DNA of 64,000 nucleotides from a virus (taxonomy: Duplodnaviria > Caudoviricetes), in IMG/VR virus record IMGVR_UViG_3300049137_000091, positions 25,469 to 89,468 of that record. The stretch is one strand, 5' to 3'. Positions 29,768 to 39,407 of this stretch are shown here, in pieces. The notes below the pieces were generated by a model. The model worked only from the letters and a program-made list of their open reading frames with translations, was not told where the DNA came from and ran no database searches. The position numbers and the translations under genes are program-made. The first letter of the stretch is position 1, and the number at the start of each line of letters is the position of its first letter.

Positions 29768-30517
29768 ATGGCGGACTTCGGGCCGTGCGAGGACTGGCCG
29801 GTGCAGTGGGTGTGCGACACGGCGACGTACTCACCGGAGGTCACCGGCTATGCGGTGAGCGCCGCCACCCGCATCCTGTGGTCGCTGTCCGGCCGCCGTT
29901 TCGGTCTGTGCACTTCCACACTTCGCCCGGTCACGTCCGGCGAGACGTGGGACCCGGGCCGGTTCTGGTCCTGGGACGGCACCTGGCGGGCGACGACACC
30001 CCCGTACGGGTTCTGGGTGCTGCCGTGCACGGCGGCCCCGGAGATCCGCCTTCCCGCGCCCGTGGACCGGATCACCGAGGTCCGGGTGGACGGTGCCGTA
30101 CTCGATCCGGGTGCCTACCGGCTGGACAACCACCGCATCCTCGTCCGCACCGACGGCGGCGCCTGGCCGCGCGTTCAGAACCTCCTCCGGCCCGACAGCG
30201 AGCCGGGCACGTGGTCGGTGACGGCCGCCTACGGCGAGGACGTGCCCGACTCCGGCCGGCTGGCCATGGGCGAGCTGTCCTGCGAGATCGTCAAGGCGTC
30301 CACCGGCGTGGACTGCCGGCTGCCCCCGGGCGTGACCCAGCTTGTCCGCCAGGGCGTCACTATCCAGTACCCGGACGTCGGGCAGCTCTTGAAGGAGGGC
30401 CGCACCGGCCTGTACCTGGTGGACCTGTTTCTGGCGTCCGAGAATCCGCACGGTCTGGCCCGGCGTGCCCGGGTCTACAACGTGGACGTGCCGTTGCCGA
30501 GGAGGACCGACGGATGA
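29768..30517 (+). CDS. head-to-tail adaptor
   Basis: AVSAATRILWSLSGRRFG...ITEVRVDG...RLPPGVTQLVRQGVT. Confidence 0.7.
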   Translation: MADFGPCEDWPVQWVCDTATYSPEVTGYAVSAATRILWSLSGRRFGLCTSTLRPVTSGETWDPGRFWSWDGTWRATTPPYGFWVLPCTAAPEIRLPAPVDRITEVRVDGAVLDPGAYRLDNHRILVRTDGGAWPRVQNLLRPDSEPGTWSVTAAYGEDVPDSGRLAMGELSCEIVKASTGVDCRLPPGVTQLVRQGVTIQYPDVGQLLKEGRTGLYLVDLFLASENPHGLARRARVYNVDVPLPRRTDG

Positions 30518-31011
30518 TCTCCGGACCCGCGAGGTGGTGGACGGTCGGCAAGTACATCGAGCAGGCCGCGTACGACGCGCTCAGCAGCAAGCCGGGCCGG
30601 CGCGGCCTGGTGCCCGGCGAGGTGGCCTGGGACTCCTGCGACGGCGGCGGCACGCTGGCCGTCTCGGTGCGCCGCGTCTACGTCTCCGACGTCTTCCCCG
30701 ACGAGGCCGACAACGTCACCGGCCGCTGCACGTCGCCGTACGAGGTGTGCGAGGCGGTCGTGTCCGTCATCCGGTGCGCGCCGCAGCCGGACGGGACGTC
30801 GATGGCCCCGGCCTCCGACGACCTGGAGGCGGCGGCCGGGCTGATGCTCCAGGACATCGCCGAGGTGATGGGCGCCCTCATGGTGCTGACGTGCCACCTG
30901 CACGACGCCGGCGAGATATCCGACTACCTGGTGTCGCCGGCGGAGGCGCAGGGGCCGGAGGGCGGCTGCGTCGGCTTCAACCTGACCGTCCGCGTCGCCC
31001 TGGTGCGCTGA
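30514..31011 (+). CDS. tail terminator / head-tail joining protein
   Basis: ATGA overlap; 165 aa; EVAWDSC...QGPEGGCVG; assigned by synteny. Confidence 0.6.
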   Translation: MISGPARWWTVGKYIEQAAYDALSSKPGRRGLVPGEVAWDSCDGGGTLAVSVRRVYVSDVFPDEADNVTGRCTSPYEVCEAVVSVIRCAPQPDGTSMAPASDDLEAAAGLMLQDIAEVMGALMVLTCHLHDAGEISDYLVSPAEAQGPEGGCVGFNLTVRVALVR

Positions 31012-31014
31012 GCC

Positions 31015-31380
31015 GTGCCCGCCGCGCGCATCGAGATCCGCCGGGCCGGGGTCAACGGTCTGCTGCTGGATCCGGACTCCCCGGTGATGCGGGACCTGAT
31101 CAAGCGGGCCCGCCGGGTGCAGCGCAACGCCCGGCGCATGGCCCCCGGCAGCATGGGCCGCAAGGTGAACGCGGTCATCGTCGGCCGGCACGTCCGTGTC
31201 GAGTCCACGCACCCCGCCACCCTGTACGTGATCAAGGGGACCCGGCCGCACCGGATCCTGCCCCGCAACCGCACCGTGCTGAAGTTCAACGTCAAAGGCC
31301 GCACCGTGTTCGCCCGCGCGGTCAACCACCCCGGCACGAAGAAGAACGACTTCCTGACCAAAGCCCTGCGGATGGGCTGA
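31015..31380 (+). CDS. HK97 gp10-like neck/tail-completion protein
   Basis: basic; YVIKGTRPHRI...VNHPGTKKNDFLTKAL. Confidence 0.65.
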   Translation: MPAARIEIRRAGVNGLLLDPDSPVMRDLIKRARRVQRNARRMAPGSMGRKVNAVIVGRHVRVESTHPATLYVIKGTRPHRILPRNRTVLKFNVKGRTVFARAVNHPGTKKNDFLTKALRMG

Positions 31381-31440
31381 GCCCCGGCCCCTGACCCTGA
31401 CCGGAACGATCATGGTGGGGTCTGGGCGCATCATGCCCCC

Positions 31441-31872
31441 ATGACGGAGATCAGGGACTTCACGAAGAAGCGGAAGCCGATCATCTTCCGGGAGGGCGAC
31501 GACGTCTTCCATGCCGCCCCGGGCCTCCCGGCGCAGGTGATGCTGGAGTTCGCCACCCGCTTCCAGGGCATGTCGATCGAGGCGACGGTGGATCAGCAAC
31601 TGGAGGCGTTCACCTCCGTGCTGGAGATCGCACTTCTGCCCGAGTCGTACAAGCGGTTCGCCGAGCGCATGGCCGACCGCGAGAACCCCATCGAGATCGA
31701 CCAGATCGAAGAGATCATCACCTGGCTGATGGAGCAGTACGGGCTCCGCCCTACCGCACTGCCCTCCGTCTCCTCGGATGGGCAACCCGCCCCGGAACCT
31801 GGCACTACCTCGACGGCCAGTACGCCGGACGTGGTGTCGATCTCGGCAGCCTCCCCGCAGACCGCTTCCTGA
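31441..31872 (+). CDS. tail assembly chaperone (G)
   Basis: 143 aa upstream of the tape measure gene; WLMEQYGLRPT followed by a low-complexity Ser/Thr tail. Confidence 0.75.
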   Translation: MTEIRDFTKKRKPIIFREGDDVFHAAPGLPAQVMLEFATRFQGMSIEATVDQQLEAFTSVLEIALLPESYKRFAERMADRENPIEIDQIEEIITWLMEQYGLRPTALPSVSSDGQPAPEPGTTSTASTPDVVSISAASPQTAS

Positions 31873-32096
31873 ACCTCGTCTACTTCGAGATGTGCCAGCG
31901 GACGCAGGACGGCGAGCGCGAGCCGGAAGGCTCCGCGCAGGCACGTCTCGACAACGACCTGGACGTGTCGCGCTGGCTGCTGCCCGGACAGGCGGCGCCG
32001 AAGCCGGTCGAGACGGATCCAGGGGCCCCGTGGTGGTGGCACGGGGACGAAGACGCCTCGCAGGCGTTCCTCGCAGCGCAAGGGGTGAGTCTGTAG
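31749..32096 (+). CDS. tail assembly chaperone T segment, reached by -1 frameshift (GT about 218 aa)
   Basis: -1 frame is open from the CGC-CCT-ACC site: PYRTALRLLGWA...WHYLDG...GVDLGSLPADRFLNLVYFEM, ending immediately before the tape measure ATG. Confidence 0.7.
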   Translation, partial: PYRTALRLLGWATRPGTWHYLDGQYAGRGVDLGSLPADRFLNLVYFEMCQRTQDGEREPEGSAQARLDNDLDVSRWLLPGQAAPKPVETDPGAPWWWHGDEDASQAFLAAQGVSL

Positions 32097-35000
32097 ATGG
32101 CGCGCGGCATTCTCATCGGCACGGGCTTCGTCCGGATCGACGCCGACACCTCGCCGGCGTCCAAGGCTCTTCAGGGCCTCGGAGCCATCGGCGGGAACCT
32201 GCTCACCACGGCGATGATCCCCGCGACGCAAGCCATCACTTCGGCGGCGGCGGCCGGGGCCGCGTCAGTCACGGCGTCGTTCGCCGCCGCCGGTGCTGCT
32301 GTGGGCGCGTTCGGCGCGGCCGTCGTGCCCCAGTTCAAGATGATCGCCGAGGCGAACGAGAAACAACAGGCGGCACAGGAGGCGCAGACCAAGGCCGACG
32401 TCTCGCAGAAGATCGCCAAGGACGCCGCCCGGGAAGCCGGCGTCGAATACGGCCAGGCCATCAAGATCACGGCCGACATGTCGGAGTCCGCGCGGGAGAA
32501 GGCCGAGGACTACAACAAGGCGTTGCAGGCGTCGGAGACGGCGACCAAGGCAGCCGACAAGTCCCAGGCGCTCTACAACGAGAAGCTGAAGGCGATGACC
32601 CCCGCCACGCGGGAGACGTCGCAGGCGTACCAGAAGCTGAAGGGCGCTGTGGACGACTGGTCGGCGTCCCTGTCCGCCACCACCATGCCGATCTTCACCC
32701 GGGCGCTGAACGGCATGCGCGAAGCCCTCCCCAAGCTGACGCCCTTCGTACGGACCGCGTCCACGGAGATCCAGCGGTTCGTCACGTCGCTGGGGGAGGG
32801 CCAGGCCGGTGCGACCTTCCGCGCCTTCGGGGCCAACCTCCAGACCAACGCCGGTGGCGCCCTGCGGTCCTTCCTCGACGTCGCCCGCAACCTCGCCGTC
32901 GGCATCACCGGCATCCTCAACGCCTTCATGCCGATGTCCGCCCAGATGTCCGGCGGGCTGGTAGACCTGACCGCGCGGTTCGCCGATTTCGGCGCCGGGC
33001 TCTCCGGCAGCCAGGGCCTCACCGACTTCATGGCCGGTATCGAGCAGCACGGGCCGGCCGTGGTGCAGCTCTTGTCCAGCATCGCCTCGGTGGTCGGGGA
33101 CGTGGTCGCGGCGGCCGGGCCCCTGGGAGGGATCAGCCTTCAGATCCTCAGCGCGTTCGCCGCGATCGTCGATGCCATCCCCACGCCCGTCCTTCAGGCC
33201 CTCGTCCCGGCGATCATCGCGGTCAACATAGGGCTGAAGGCGTGGGCCGTCTACCAGGGCGTGGCCGCCGGGGCGACGTGGGCTTTCACCACGGCGGTCA
33301 CGACGCAGTCCGGCGCCGTGTACGCCAGCCGGGCCGCGCTGGTGGCCGCGCGGGTACAGCTCATAGCCACGGCCGTCGCGCAGCGGGCCTCGGCGGCGGC
33401 GACCGGGGTGGCGACGGCGGCCCAGTGGCTGTGGAACGCCGCGATGAGTGCCAACCCGATCGGGCTGGTCATCGCGGGCATCGCCCTGCTGGTGGGGGCG
33501 TTCGTCCTCGCCTACAAGAAGTCGGAGACGTTCCGCAACATCGTCCAGGGCGCCCTCGATGCGATACGGGTCGCGGCGCAGGCCGTCGTGTCCGGGGTGA
33601 TGACCGCGTGGAACTGGCTGTCCGGGGGACTGACCGCCACCTGGGACGCGATCTTCAACAACGTGATCGCGCCGATCCGCGACTTCTTCACCGTCACTAT
33701 CCCCGGCTGGGCCACCTTCCTGGCCACCCGGATGATCGCCGGCTGGACGATGGTGTGGAACGGGATCAAGGTCGTCTGGGACCTGCTCTTCAACTCGGTG
33801 ATCGCGCCGATCCGCGACTTCTTCACCGTCACCATCCCGACGTGGACGGCCTCGCTGGCCACCCGGATGATCGCCGGCTGGACGATGGTGTGGAACGGGA
33901 TCAAGTCCGTCTGGGACATGATCTTCAACAACGTGATCGCCCCGATCCGCGACTTCTTCACCGTCACCATCCCCGGCTGGGCCGGCCGTCTGGTCGAGTT
34001 CGTGGTCACGCACTGGAACGTCCTGCGTGCCCGTCTGCTGGGTGTGTGGCGCATGCTGATGATCAACGTGATCATCCCGATCCGGACCTTCTTCACCGTC
34101 ACCATCCCCGGCTGGGCGGCCACGGTGAAGGACAAGGTGGTCGGCGCCTTCGAGAAGCTGAAGAACGGGATCAAGACCGTCTGGGACTGGATCCGGACCC
34201 GGATCTTCAACCCGGTCCGCGACTTCTTCACCAAGACCATCCCCGGCTGGGCCGGGACCATGAAGGACAAGGTGGTCGGCTTCTTCGAGAAGCTGCGCGA
34301 CGGCGTCGGCACCATGATGGACAAGGTCCGGTCGAAGGCGAAGACGCCGATCAACTGGGTGCTGGAGAACGTCTGGAACAAGGGCATCGTCAGCGTCTGG
34401 GGGAAGATCGCCGGCTGGATCGGCATTGGCAACGCGCTGAAGAAGGTCAAGCTGCTGGCAGCCGGCGGCACCGTCGGCAATGAACCCTTCGGGGTCTTCA
34501 ACCGGCCCACCGCGATCGTCGGGGAGGGCCGGACGTCCCGCCCTGAGTACGTCATCCCGACCGACCCGAAATACGGGGTCCGCGCCCGCTCCCTGTGGGC
34601 GGCGGCCGGGCAGCAGCTCGGCATGCCGCAGATGATGGAGTCCGGCGGGATCATCGGCACCATCGGCGGCTGGCTGGGCGGCGCTGCCGACACGGTCGGG
34701 AACTTCGGCAAGGCAGCCGTCAACTTCCTGTCCGACCCGCTCGGGTCGGCGAAGAAGATGTTCGACGGGGTGCTGGGCAGGCTGAAGGAGGCCGGTACCA
34801 GCACCTGGGCCAAGGCCATCGCCGAGCTGCCCCGCAAGGCCGTGGACGGCCTTCTCAAAGCCGTGAAGAAGATCGGTTCGTCCGCGCTGTCCGCGATCGG
34901 CCTCGGCCCGTCCGGCGGGTCCGGTGTGCAGCGCTGGCGCCCCGTCGTCCAGCAGGTGCTGAAGATGGTCGGGCAGCCGCAGGCGTACACCGACATCACG

Positions 35001-35531
35001 TTGCGCCGGATGAACCAGGAGTCCGGCGGCAACCCGACCGTAGTCAACAAGTGGGACTCCAACTGGCACGCCGGGTACCCGTCGGTCGGCCTCATGCAGG
35101 TGATCAGGCCGACGTTCCAGTCCCACGCGGGCCGGATGCGCAACGTGGGCCCGTTCCTCTACGGCGTGTCCACCAATCCGGCGGCCAACATCTACGCCTC
35201 CATGCGCTACGCCCTGTCGCGCTACGGCTCCCTGCCCCGGGCCTACAACCGGGCCGGCGGCTACGCCCTGGGCACCGCCGGGTCCTCGCCCGGCTGGCAC
35301 TGGGTGGGCGAGCACGGCGCCGAGCTGATGAAGCTTCCCGCCGGCGTGCAGGTGCGCAGCCACGCGCAGTCAGTGCGTCAGGAGCGGGCCGCGTCCGGCC
35401 CGGTCACCCTCGTCATCCAGAACCACGGGATCATCGCCTCCCGGCGGGAGGCCGAGGACTGGCTGGTGTCCTCGCTGGAGGAGCTGGCGCGGAAGAACCG
35501 GCTGCCCCGCTCCCTGAAGGGTGGCCGCTGA
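32097..35531 (+). CDS. tape measure protein with C-terminal lytic transglycosylase
   Basis: 1144 aa, Ala/Gly-rich; AAMSANPIGLVI; repeats of IFNNVIAPIRDFFTVTIPGW; SLT motif QESGGNP...SVGLMQVI. Confidence 0.92.
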   Translation: MARGILIGTGFVRIDADTSPASKALQGLGAIGGNLLTTAMIPATQAITSAAAAGAASVTASFAAAGAAVGAFGAAVVPQFKMIAEANEKQQAAQEAQTKADVSQKIAKDAAREAGVEYGQAIKITADMSESAREKAEDYNKALQASETATKAADKSQALYNEKLKAMTPATRETSQAYQKLKGAVDDWSASLSATTMPIFTRALNGMREALPKLTPFVRTASTEIQRFVTSLGEGQAGATFRAFGANLQTNAGGALRSFLDVARNLAVGITGILNAFMPMSAQMSGGLVDLTARFADFGAGLSGSQGLTDFMAGIEQHGPAVVQLLSSIASVVGDVVAAAGPLGGISLQILSAFAAIVDAIPTPVLQALVPAIIAVNIGLKAWAVYQGVAAGATWAFTTAVTTQSGAVYASRAALVAARVQLIATAVAQRASAAATGVATAAQWLWNAAMSANPIGLVIAGIALLVGAFVLAYKKSETFRNIVQGALDAIRVAAQAVVSGVMTAWNWLSGGLTATWDAIFNNVIAPIRDFFTVTIPGWATFLATRMIAGWTMVWNGIKVVWDLLFNSVIAPIRDFFTVTIPTWTASLATRMIAGWTMVWNGIKSVWDMIFNNVIAPIRDFFTVTIPGWAGRLVEFVVTHWNVLRARLLGVWRMLMINVIIPIRTFFTVTIPGWAATVKDKVVGAFEKLKNGIKTVWDWIRTRIFNPVRDFFTKTIPGWAGTMKDKVVGFFEKLRDGVGTMMDKVRSKAKTPINWVLENVWNKGIVSVWGKIAGWIGIGNALKKVKLLAAGGTVGNEPFGVFNRPTAIVGEGRTSRPEYVIPTDPKYGVRARSLWAAAGQQLGMPQMMESGGIIGTIGGWLGGAADTVGNFGKAAVNFLSDPLGSAKKMFDGVLGRLKEAGTSTWAKAIAELPRKAVDGLLKAVKKIGSSALSAIGLGPSGGSGVQRWRPVVQQVLKMVGQPQAYTDITLRRMNQESGGNPTVVNKWDSNWHAGYPSVGLMQVIRPTFQSHAGRMRNVGPFLYGVSTNPAANIYASMRYALSRYGSLPRAYNRAGGYALGTAGSSPGWHWVGEHGAELMKLPAGVQVRSHAQSVRQERAASGPVTLVIQNHGIIASRREAEDWLVSSLEELARKNRLPRSLKGGR

Positions 35532-37906
35532 TGCCCGTCGCGTTCCGGTCGGCCGGTGCCCGGCTGCGGAAGGAAGTCCTGACCGGCTCCGAACAGGTCG
35601 CCCTGCCCGCCGGCCACGCCGCCGGCGACCTGCTGATGCTGGTCGTCATCACCGACGACAACACCGGCGTGACCGCCACCCCGGCCGGGTGGACGACGCT
35701 GCTGCGCGCCTTCGGCGGGACCAGCCGGGAATCGCCGTACTACGGCGGCCCGCACGTCTTCGTCTTCTCGCGCATCTCCCCGGGCACGGGCAGCACGGTG
35801 CCGGTGTCCTTCTCGACAGCGGCCTGGCCGTCCGGCTCCCCGTACGTGCTGGCGTGGACGGTGGCGTACACCGGCGTTGACCCGGCCGCGCCGATCGGCC
35901 AGTTCGGCCTCTCCGGGATTCCCGGCTTGCGCCCGCCCGAGCACGCGCACCCGGTCGTCTCGACGACGCGTACCGGCTCCTGGCTGGTGTCCCTGCGGGC
36001 CATCGGCGCCCCGACGCAGGCGACATTCACCGACTCGGTGGCCGGCGACGCCGAACGCGTGGACGAGTGGGGCGGGATGAACCAGGCCCCGTCGGCGGCC
36101 TGGTTCGACTCGGCGGGCGCTGTGCTGCCGGTGGGCGCGCAGACGCAGCGGACCACCACGGCCAGCCGCACGGCGGCGTACGGGTCGGTGGCAATCTCGT
36201 TCGTGATCCAGCCGCCCGACCAGGTGCCGTCGGCGACCGCGCAGGCCCAGACCGCCGCCGTGTCCGCCCTCGCCCTCGGGGCCGCCCCGCAGACCAGCGA
36301 GCACGGCTGGGACATCTGCGGCGCCGACGGCCTGCCCGACTACCGGTTCACCATCGGGTGGGGCGACGGCGCGGGCGACGACGTCACCGGCAGCATCATT
36401 TCCGAGATCGCCACCCGGTACGGCCGCGACCAGGCCCGCCAGTTCGCGCCGGCCACCGTCGGTACGGCCGCGTTCACGCTGGACAACTCGACCCGCCGCT
36501 ACAGCCCGGAGAACGACGCGTCGCCGCTGTACGGCACGCTGGACCCGGCCCGGACCATGACCGCCGACGTCACCTTCAACGGGGCCGTCCACGCGCTGTT
36601 CACCGGACGCATCGACGACTTCGACGTGAAAACGGAGTTCGGGGAGAGGTCGGCGTCCTTCAGCTTCCTGGACGGGCTGGCCAGCCTGCAAGGCGTCCGC
36701 CTGTCCACGCCGGTGCTGGCGGCCCGGCGCACCGGGGAGCTGCTGCACACCATCCTGGACGGGGCCGGGTGGACCGGACCCCGCCGCATCGACCCGGGCG
36801 CCACGGTGGTGCGGTACTGGTGGGAGGAGGGCACCGACGCGCTGACCGCCGTCAACAACCTGGTGCGCAGCGAGGGCCCGCCGGCGGTCGCGTACGTCGC
36901 GCCCGACGGGGCGTTCGTCTTCCACGACCGGCACCACCGGATGCTGTCGCAGGAGTCGCTGACGGCACAGGCCGTCTTCCACGCGGGCCGTCTCGGGGAC
37001 TGCACGCCGGACGGGGTGCCGGAGGGCGCGCTGAGCCTGGCCCGGCCGTTCACCTACGCGCACGGCTGGCGAGACATCGTCAACACGGTGAACTTCGACG
37101 TCGGGGTCCGGTGGCCCAGCGCCACGCTGGAGCAGGTGTGGAGCGACGAGACGTCGTACCTGCTGGAGGCGGGGCAGTCGGTGCAGATCCTGGCGACGTC
37201 GTCCGACCCGTTCGTGGAGGCCCAGCCCCCGGTGCCCGGCACGGATTTCACCGTGACGTCCCCGGCGCCGGGAGCGACGGTCACCGTGCTGCTCGACCGC
37301 GACTCGGGGGCCTCGGCGCGGCTCACCCTGACCGCCGTCGGCGGGCCGGTCACCGTCACCGGGCTCCAGCTCCGCGCCCGGTCCCTGGCGGTGCGCCGCA
37401 CGGTGCGGGTGGCCATGACGGATCCGGGCTCGATCGGCCAGTTCGGCGAGAAGGCTTACCCGGAGGAGGTGCCGTGGGCGAGCGTGGAGGACGCCCAGGC
37501 CATCGCGGGCCGGGTGCTTCTGCACTACGCGCAGCGCCGGCCGACCGTGCAGATCCGGGTGGTCTCCTCCGATCCGGCGCACTTCGTGCAGGTGCTGCGC
37601 CGCACCGTCGGCGACCGCGTCCGCATCGTCAACGCAGAGATGGGGCTGGACGCGGACTTCTTCGTGGAGTCCGTGGACCACACCGTCCAGCGGTTGTCGC
37701 GGCCGGGCCGTCCGCCGGTGCACTCGGTGGTGCTCGGCTGCGAGAAGGATCTGGTGGGCAACTCGAACCCGTTCACTTTCGACAAGCGCGGCGCCGGCTT
37801 CGACCAGGGCGTGTTCGGCCTGGTGGAGCAGGAGGACCCGGCGACGGTGTTCGTCTTCGACCACCCGGAACAGGGCCGCTTCGACACGGGGCGGTTCGGG
37901 ACATGA
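35531..37906 (+). CDS. minor tail protein (distal tail / hub)
   Basis: 791 aa coupled to the tape measure stop; YGRDQARQF...GTAAFTLDNSTRRYSP...LFTGRIDDF. Confidence 0.75.
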   Translation: MPVAFRSAGARLRKEVLTGSEQVALPAGHAAGDLLMLVVITDDNTGVTATPAGWTTLLRAFGGTSRESPYYGGPHVFVFSRISPGTGSTVPVSFSTAAWPSGSPYVLAWTVAYTGVDPAAPIGQFGLSGIPGLRPPEHAHPVVSTTRTGSWLVSLRAIGAPTQATFTDSVAGDAERVDEWGGMNQAPSAAWFDSAGAVLPVGAQTQRTTTASRTAAYGSVAISFVIQPPDQVPSATAQAQTAAVSALALGAAPQTSEHGWDICGADGLPDYRFTIGWGDGAGDDVTGSIISEIATRYGRDQARQFAPATVGTAAFTLDNSTRRYSPENDASPLYGTLDPARTMTADVTFNGAVHALFTGRIDDFDVKTEFGERSASFSFLDGLASLQGVRLSTPVLAARRTGELLHTILDGAGWTGPRRIDPGATVVRYWWEEGTDALTAVNNLVRSEGPPAVAYVAPDGAFVFHDRHHRMLSQESLTAQAVFHAGRLGDCTPDGVPEGALSLARPFTYAHGWRDIVNTVNFDVGVRWPSATLEQVWSDETSYLLEAGQSVQILATSSDPFVEAQPPVPGTDFTVTSPAPGATVTVLLDRDSGASARLTLTAVGGPVTVTGLQLRARSLAVRRTVRVAMTDPGSIGQFGEKAYPEEVPWASVEDAQAIAGRVLLHYAQRRPTVQIRVVSSDPAHFVQVLRRTVGDRVRIVNAEMGLDADFFVESVDHTVQRLSRPGRPPVHSVVLGCEKDLVGNSNPFTFDKRGAGFDQGVFGLVEQEDPATVFVFDHPEQGRFDTGRFGT

Positions 37907-37917
37907 GAGGGGACGCG

Positions 37918-38268
37918 ATGGAGCAGTTGATGGCCCCGGCGCGGGCGTACGTCTACGGCGGGGACTGGGTGGCGGACTGCCCGCAGCACATGTGCGGCAA
38001 CGTCGAATTCCTGTACCGGCCGTCCCGCATGGGCGGGCCCCGGGACGTGCCGGTCGGGTTCTTCCAGTGCTCGCACTGCGGGGCGCAGGCGGAGGTGTCC
38101 TGGCCGGACAACCGCCACGACCTGCTGGCCGAGCTGCTGCGCCGGCCGGTGCCGAGCACGCGGAACTGGTACCCCACCGACCACCCGGTGGCGGTCAAAT
38201 TCGGACTGCCGCACGGCCAGTCGGTGGGGGAGCTGCGGGAGGAGGCGGAGGCCCATGGCGTGACGTGA
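37918..38268 (+). CDS. Zn-binding tail-associated protein
   Basis: 116 aa; DCPQHMCGN...FQCSHCG. Confidence 0.6.
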   Translation: MEQLMAPARAYVYGGDWVADCPQHMCGNVEFLYRPSRMGGPRDVPVGFFQCSHCGAQAEVSWPDNRHDLLAELLRRPVPSTRNWYPTDHPVAVKFGLPHGQSVGELREEAEAHGVT

Positions 38269-38352
38269 TCCGGGCCCGCGCGGCCTCGAAGACCCGCGAA
38301 AGTCGTTAACCACACTAAGGGTTAACCCCGAAAACGTGCAGGTCGGTGCCCC

Positions 38353-38459
38353 CGTACCGCCTCTGTACCGTCTGTACCGTCATTGACCTATGACGAAAAA
38401 ATCCCTTACGTATAGGGGTTATACGGAGCACACGGTACAGGCGGTACAGCGGCGGTACG
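38353..38459. repeat. 28-bp inverted repeat built of GTACCG iterons around an AT-rich core
   Basis: 38353-38380 vs 38432-38459, 26/28 complementary; 51-bp spacer containing AAAAAAT and CCCTTACGTATAGGG. Confidence 0.85.
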
Positions 38460-38507
38460 CGGCCTCGGACGCTCCGACCGGACCCCGCTGGAGGTGGCCG
38501 AAAACCA

Positions 38508-39047
38508 ATGGCTTGGACCGCACCTATGACCGCCGTGGCGGGATCGACCTTCACCGCCGCCGCCTTCAACACGCACGTCCGCGACAACTTGCAGGAGACC
38601 GCCCCGGCCAAGGCGACCGCGCCCAGCCAGTTGTTCGTCTCCACCGGGCCCAACGCCATCGCTGTGCGGGTGCCCGCGACCGACTTCGTGGCCGCCACCG
38701 AGTCCACGACGGCCACCAGCTACACCGACCTGGCCACGCCCGGCCCGTCCGTCGGCGCCGTCACCGGAACCATCGCCATCGTCTTCTTCGCGGCGTCGGC
38801 CTCCGTGGCAACCAACAACACGGCCGCCGCCTACTCGGTGGCGGTCAGCGGCGCCACCAACCTGCCGGCGTCCGACACCTGGGCCGTCCAGGAGGACGGC
38901 ATCAGCGCCGGCAACTGGACCCGGCACGGGTCCACCCACGTGTTCACCGGGCTGACCCCCGGCATCAACACGTTCACCATGCGCTACCAGGCGGGCGCTT
39001 CGAACACCTCGTTCAAGAACCGCGAGATCTCCGTCATACCCCTCTGA
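38508..39047 (+). CDS. minor tail / fibre protein, paralog 1
   Basis: MAWTAPMTAVAGSTFTAAAFNTHVRDNLQETAPAKAT...TGLTPGINTF. Confidence 0.75.
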   Translation: MAWTAPMTAVAGSTFTAAAFNTHVRDNLQETAPAKATAPSQLFVSTGPNAIAVRVPATDFVAATESTTATSYTDLATPGPSVGAVTGTIAIVFFAASASVATNNTAAAYSVAVSGATNLPASDTWAVQEDGISAGNWTRHGSTHVFTGLTPGINTFTMRYQAGASNTSFKNREISVIPL

Positions 39048-39062
39048 GAAAGGACCGGCCTC

Positions 39063-39404
39063 ATGCCTCTGTCCACCAAGGACTTCGCCCAGAAGCTCTA
39101 CAACGCCAGCGAAGTGATCAGCCTGAAGTTCGGCAGCGACCTGCGTCAGTCGGACCTGCCGCTGCGCGCGGCCGTCGCCACCGTGTGCGTGCTCATCGGC
39201 GGCACCCTGCGCGGTCTGGTCATGAAGGGCGTGGCCACCGACACCGAGCTGGTCAACCACTTCACGGCCATCGTCAACGACAGCTATCCCAAGCTGCCGC
39301 TGACCGCCCCGGTCATCGACGAGGAGAACCAGAACCCCACCACTCCGGATGTCGGCGGCGGCTCCGGGTCCGGCACCGCGCCGACGTCGGCGCCCAAGGT
39401 CTGA
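39063..39404 (+). CDS. hypothetical tail-module protein
   Basis: 113 aa, AAAGGA RBS. Confidence 0.6.
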   Translation: MPLSTKDFAQKLYNASEVISLKFGSDLRQSDLPLRAAVATVCVLIGGTLRGLVMKGVATDTELVNHFTAIVNDSYPKLPLTAPVIDEENQNPTTPDVGGGSGSGTAPTSAPKV

Positions 39405-39407
39405 CCG

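Noticed and set aside
33600-34320. Tandem DNA repeats as a diversity-generating or regulatory array
   Set aside because: They are in-frame ~40-aa repeats of the tape measure protein, and no reverse transcriptase is present.
25191-37864. Very long antisense or alternative-frame ORFs (e.g. 25191-28556, 32265-35363, 35378-37864, 22167-24845)
   Set aside because: They shadow well-supported structural genes, are Arg/Gly/Pro-rich, lack an RBS or motifs, and are expected in high-GC DNA.
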